This document shows positions 60,901 to 64,000 of a DNA stretch of 64,000 nt, one piece after another (position 1 is the stretch's first letter; every line of letters begins with the position of its first letter). The DNA comes from Lenisia limosa (lineage: Eukaryota > Protista > Breviatea). The notes under the pieces are model-generated. The model was not told the origin of the DNA. It searched no databases and saw only the letters and a program-made list of their open reading frames with translations. The stretch spans positions 1,218 to 65,217 of the forward strand of contig LPNZ01007402.1 in the NCBI GenBank assembly GCA_001655205.1, written 5' to 3'. The position numbers and the translations under genes are program-made.

Positions 60901-63900
60901 ACTGTATTTTCCGGCCTTTTGTCAACTTACTCATTGTATTCCTATGTGCACTGACCCCGCAGGACGTCTGAGCGATCGAAGAGCACAGTGCGGTTTCGTG
61001 ACACCGAGAACGGCGATGGTAGGAGGCAACAAAGTACTGGATTAGCACCGGATTATATTTAATTTTATGACTCACACACACACCAGCAATCACGGACCAA
61101 CTCCATTGCATGAACGATAACCGCAACCTCATGTCCCTTGTTGAGGTAAGGCGTGTTAGGGTCTCTGTTTTGATGACTCTTTCAGGGCTTGCCTTTGAGA
61201 CGCAGAGATACTACTCTTGCTTGTGATATGTTCTTAAGTAAGTTCTGAGTCAAGTTGATTTCACTGTAACAATCCTTGAATAAAGTCTGCAACCTCTCTT
61301 CTTTTACCCGTGTAGAAGTTGCTCCTGTTCTCTTGAACCACACCATCAAAGTTGAAAACTGTTTGTGGGTTTTTTTACCATAGAATGAAAAATAGATCAT
61401 AAAATGGTCATTCTGGGAGGCAGGCAGAAAGCTATGTACACAGAGGTGTACAACCTTGTGTTATATCTCATCTCTATGCTATATTTATAATATAATATCA
61501 CATCATGGTATGTATTGATCACTTTTCTTGCCATATTGTCTGAAAGTTAGTGCGCCGAATTAGGACTATATTTTTGACTGCAGTGAATGTCTGGAATGTA
61601 ATTGTCATTCAGCTGAAACCGCCCTCCCCTTCATTGACCAATTTACCTCTCTACTTTCGACCTTGCTCTGCACCTTGATGCTCAGTGACTCCCATACCCT
61701 CATGGTGGGATCTATAAATTTCCTTTTCCAAGTTGTGTCTATCAAATTAGCTTTGATTTTTACGCTCCAGCTTGACCTACGGACCTCTATCCAGCAAATT
61801 GTCCACCAATACATCTGGACTTGGCAAAGGTGAGAGGAACAATCACCAACCTATTGTTTTTTTGGACAAGCAAAATGGAAATGCGATGTTGAAATATATA
61901 TATACTATATCATATGATATAGTATGGGTCCTCAAAGCTCCGGACATCATTCAAAATTCCCGGACACATCAAAACTCCCGGACAGCTTGAACATAGAGAA
62001 ATGGACCTCCTAATGTTCCCTAACTTTTTTTTTCAATTTTGAGCAAATGTCAAAAATCCGTGAATTTGGTCTCCCGGGGGTCCCCCTTTTGCCTTTTCAC
62101 AGGATTTTTTCTGAATCTTACCCTCTTTTAGTGTTAAGAAACAAAAATTTGTACTCCCTCGGAGTAATTGGTTCTGGGTTCCCATTTGCTTTGGCTATGT
62201 AATGGTGAATTTTGAGGGGAAAATGCCACTGTCTACAAGGGTAAACTTTCCAGGGTTTCTGGGTAGTTTATGGTGATTTTGTATGGAAAACTCAAGCTGT
62301 CTGGGAGTTTTGATGTGTCCGGGAATTTTGAATGATGTCCGGAGCTTTGTCTAGATATAATTATATATATTTATCCTTCACTTTGTCCGGAGTATTTCAC
62401 TGTGTTCATTCACTTTGTTCTTCCCATTTCACACTTCAGTTTGGGAATTACTTCTCCACAAATGGTAAGTCAACGAAGCTTTGGCAACTCAGTGGAACTC
62501 TTCAACATATCCTTATCTATATAGGTCCGCCATGTTGTTAAGATAATTTCCGCCCTGTTGACCCAGTTGTCCGATATTGTACCTGAATTCTACCACGTTG
62601 TTTCAAAGCCAGAAACCTCTGTCTCATCATTTACCAAACAACTCTCAAATAGTAGGTATTTTAATAGTGTCATCCTTATTCACTCCAGGACTGGGTTCAC
62701 GCAGATGCGGAGCAACATCGCTGGCCATCTTGACTGAAACGCAAGAGCCCCTCCAGACCTTCCTCAGCACCCTGACTGGTACGAAAGAAACGGTTCCTTT
62801 TGTAGCAGTGATTGCTTTGATTACCCTTCAGACTTACTCGTTGCATCCATGTGTGATGACCTCGCCACACAGGCAATGTGCAGTTTGGCGGTATCAAACC
62901 CCACCATTATTAGGCCTGGCAAAATCGACGGTTCGCAAGACCGGGGAGACTGTTTTGATTGATTTGTCAATAGTTAAAATTTCAGTTGCACGTAGCTGAA
63001 AATCAGCTATATCGCTGACCCTTTAGACTTCTACCTTTTCAAGCAAACTGTGAAATCATTTGCGTTGGAGATTTTTGATTTCGGTCCTCAGGCAAGGGTT
63101 CTACAGGTTTGAGTCAGCTTTCCTTATAATTCTGAAATTATTGCCTTTTTTTTTTCCCTTATGATAGTGCAATTATGCAGTTTTTTTCACTTAGCCAGGG
63201 CTCAAGTCTAATCAGTCCCGTGATTCAAACTCTCGCAGCCCTCTCCAACGTTTCTTCAGTCAAAAACACTGAAGCCCAATTGGTTAGTTCCCACATTGAT
63301 TTCCGATATGGATGCACGAAGGATGATGATTTCCGATATGGGTGCACAATGGATGATGATTTCGAAACTGTTCTGATTTCCTCACTCATTTGTTGAATTG
63401 TTTTAATGTTTGTTTTCTGTTTTTTTTTGCGTAGGAGTTTCAGATAATCAATTTGTGGTCAATTCATTTCTGACAAAATTCACTCTCTCCAGAATGAAGT
63501 TTTGACTGTGTTTGAAGCGTCTTTTGTTCTAGCGATACCAACTTCCCCCCTTGAATCCGTCACTGCCCTTCTCAAAGGCATCCCGTATGTGGCGGTAGTC
63601 CGAAAAGAGGCTGGTTTTTTTTTTTTTAAAAAAAAATGTGATTGAGATGAACCTCTTCAATCAGCATTTCTAATCTCTCAGGGCCGGAACGGGACAAAGC
63701 ATTTCTTTCCCTTCAGCAACGGTGGTGTACTCATAGTGGGTGATTCGCTTTATTCTCCCTTATACTGACCGACCAGTTTGTTATCAGAGGCCTCGACTCT
63801 GGTTCTGAATAAGTTCCATAAGCCAGCTGCTCGGCCGCCGGAATCGCTTTTTGTCATCATTTCCCTCCTGTCACACGCTCTTTGTTCCCTTTGCTTTCCC

Positions 63901-64000
63901 ATCGGTACGCTATTACGCCTTTTCTTGGCATTTTTTCGTTCATTATAGAACATCTGATCTTATGCTATTATCACAGATAATATAGGTGACCATACATAAC
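57931..64000 (+). CDS. Large multi-exon, mostly alpha-helical protein of unknown function (3' partial; may be two genes)
   Basis: Chain of spliceable exons from MNESPTQPTPFW through LDLRTSIQQIVHQY, VRHVVKIISALLTQL and ISPVIQTLAAL. A gap at 60080-60186 and several junctions are unresolved. Confidence 0.5.
61933..62349. mobile_element. About 420-bp foldback/MITE-like intronic insertion
   Basis: 58-bp inverted repeats (61933-61990 and 62292-62349) match at 57/58 and are built from three CCGGACA sub-repeats. Confidence 0.8.
63298..63363. repeat. 30-bp intronic tandem repeat (2.2 copies)
   Basis: GATTTCCGATATGGATGCACGAAGGATGAT, second copy 27/30 identical. Confidence 0.9.

Noticed and set aside
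1-64000. CRISPR arrays, rRNA, snRNAs, U12-type introns, autonomous transposase/RT/viral ORFs, alternative genetic code
   Set aside because: None recognised by eye; conserved genes end in TAA, TAG or TGA and contain no in-frame stops.

Overview
Intron-dense eukaryotic (protist-like) genomic DNA with about 13 N gaps and the standard genetic code. Introns are mostly 40-100 nt GT-AG, so the ORF track shows only exon fragments. All multi-exon models below were spliced by eye: coordinates are approximate gene spans (start to stop), not exon lists. The window holds about 22 protein-coding genes and one tRNA. In order: SANT/Myb-like nuclear protein (5' partial), tRNA-Phe, TLC-domain membrane protein, arrestin-like+DysF+PPxY protein, Rab8, PHF5A, DOHH, PIG-Y, H2A/H2B divergent pair, acylated tandem class III cyclase with two FIST modules, pinin, Lys-rich protein, alpha-solenoid protein, possible orphan, 2xRRM protein, LIM protein, Med15-like protein, unknown protein, SLC35F6-like transporter, eIF4E, RNase T2, and a 3' partial unknown protein. 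The strongest candidates for novelty are: (1) the sAC-type cyclase fused to two FIST (NosP-like) sensor modules; (2) an 80-nt element shared by the H2A and H2B 3' UTRs that contains a covarying histone-type stem-loop; (3) the arrestin-DysF-PPxY architecture; (4) several small intronic DNA-transposon families with associated palindromic AT-rich filler. Domain calls rest on recognised motifs; no database searches were run.
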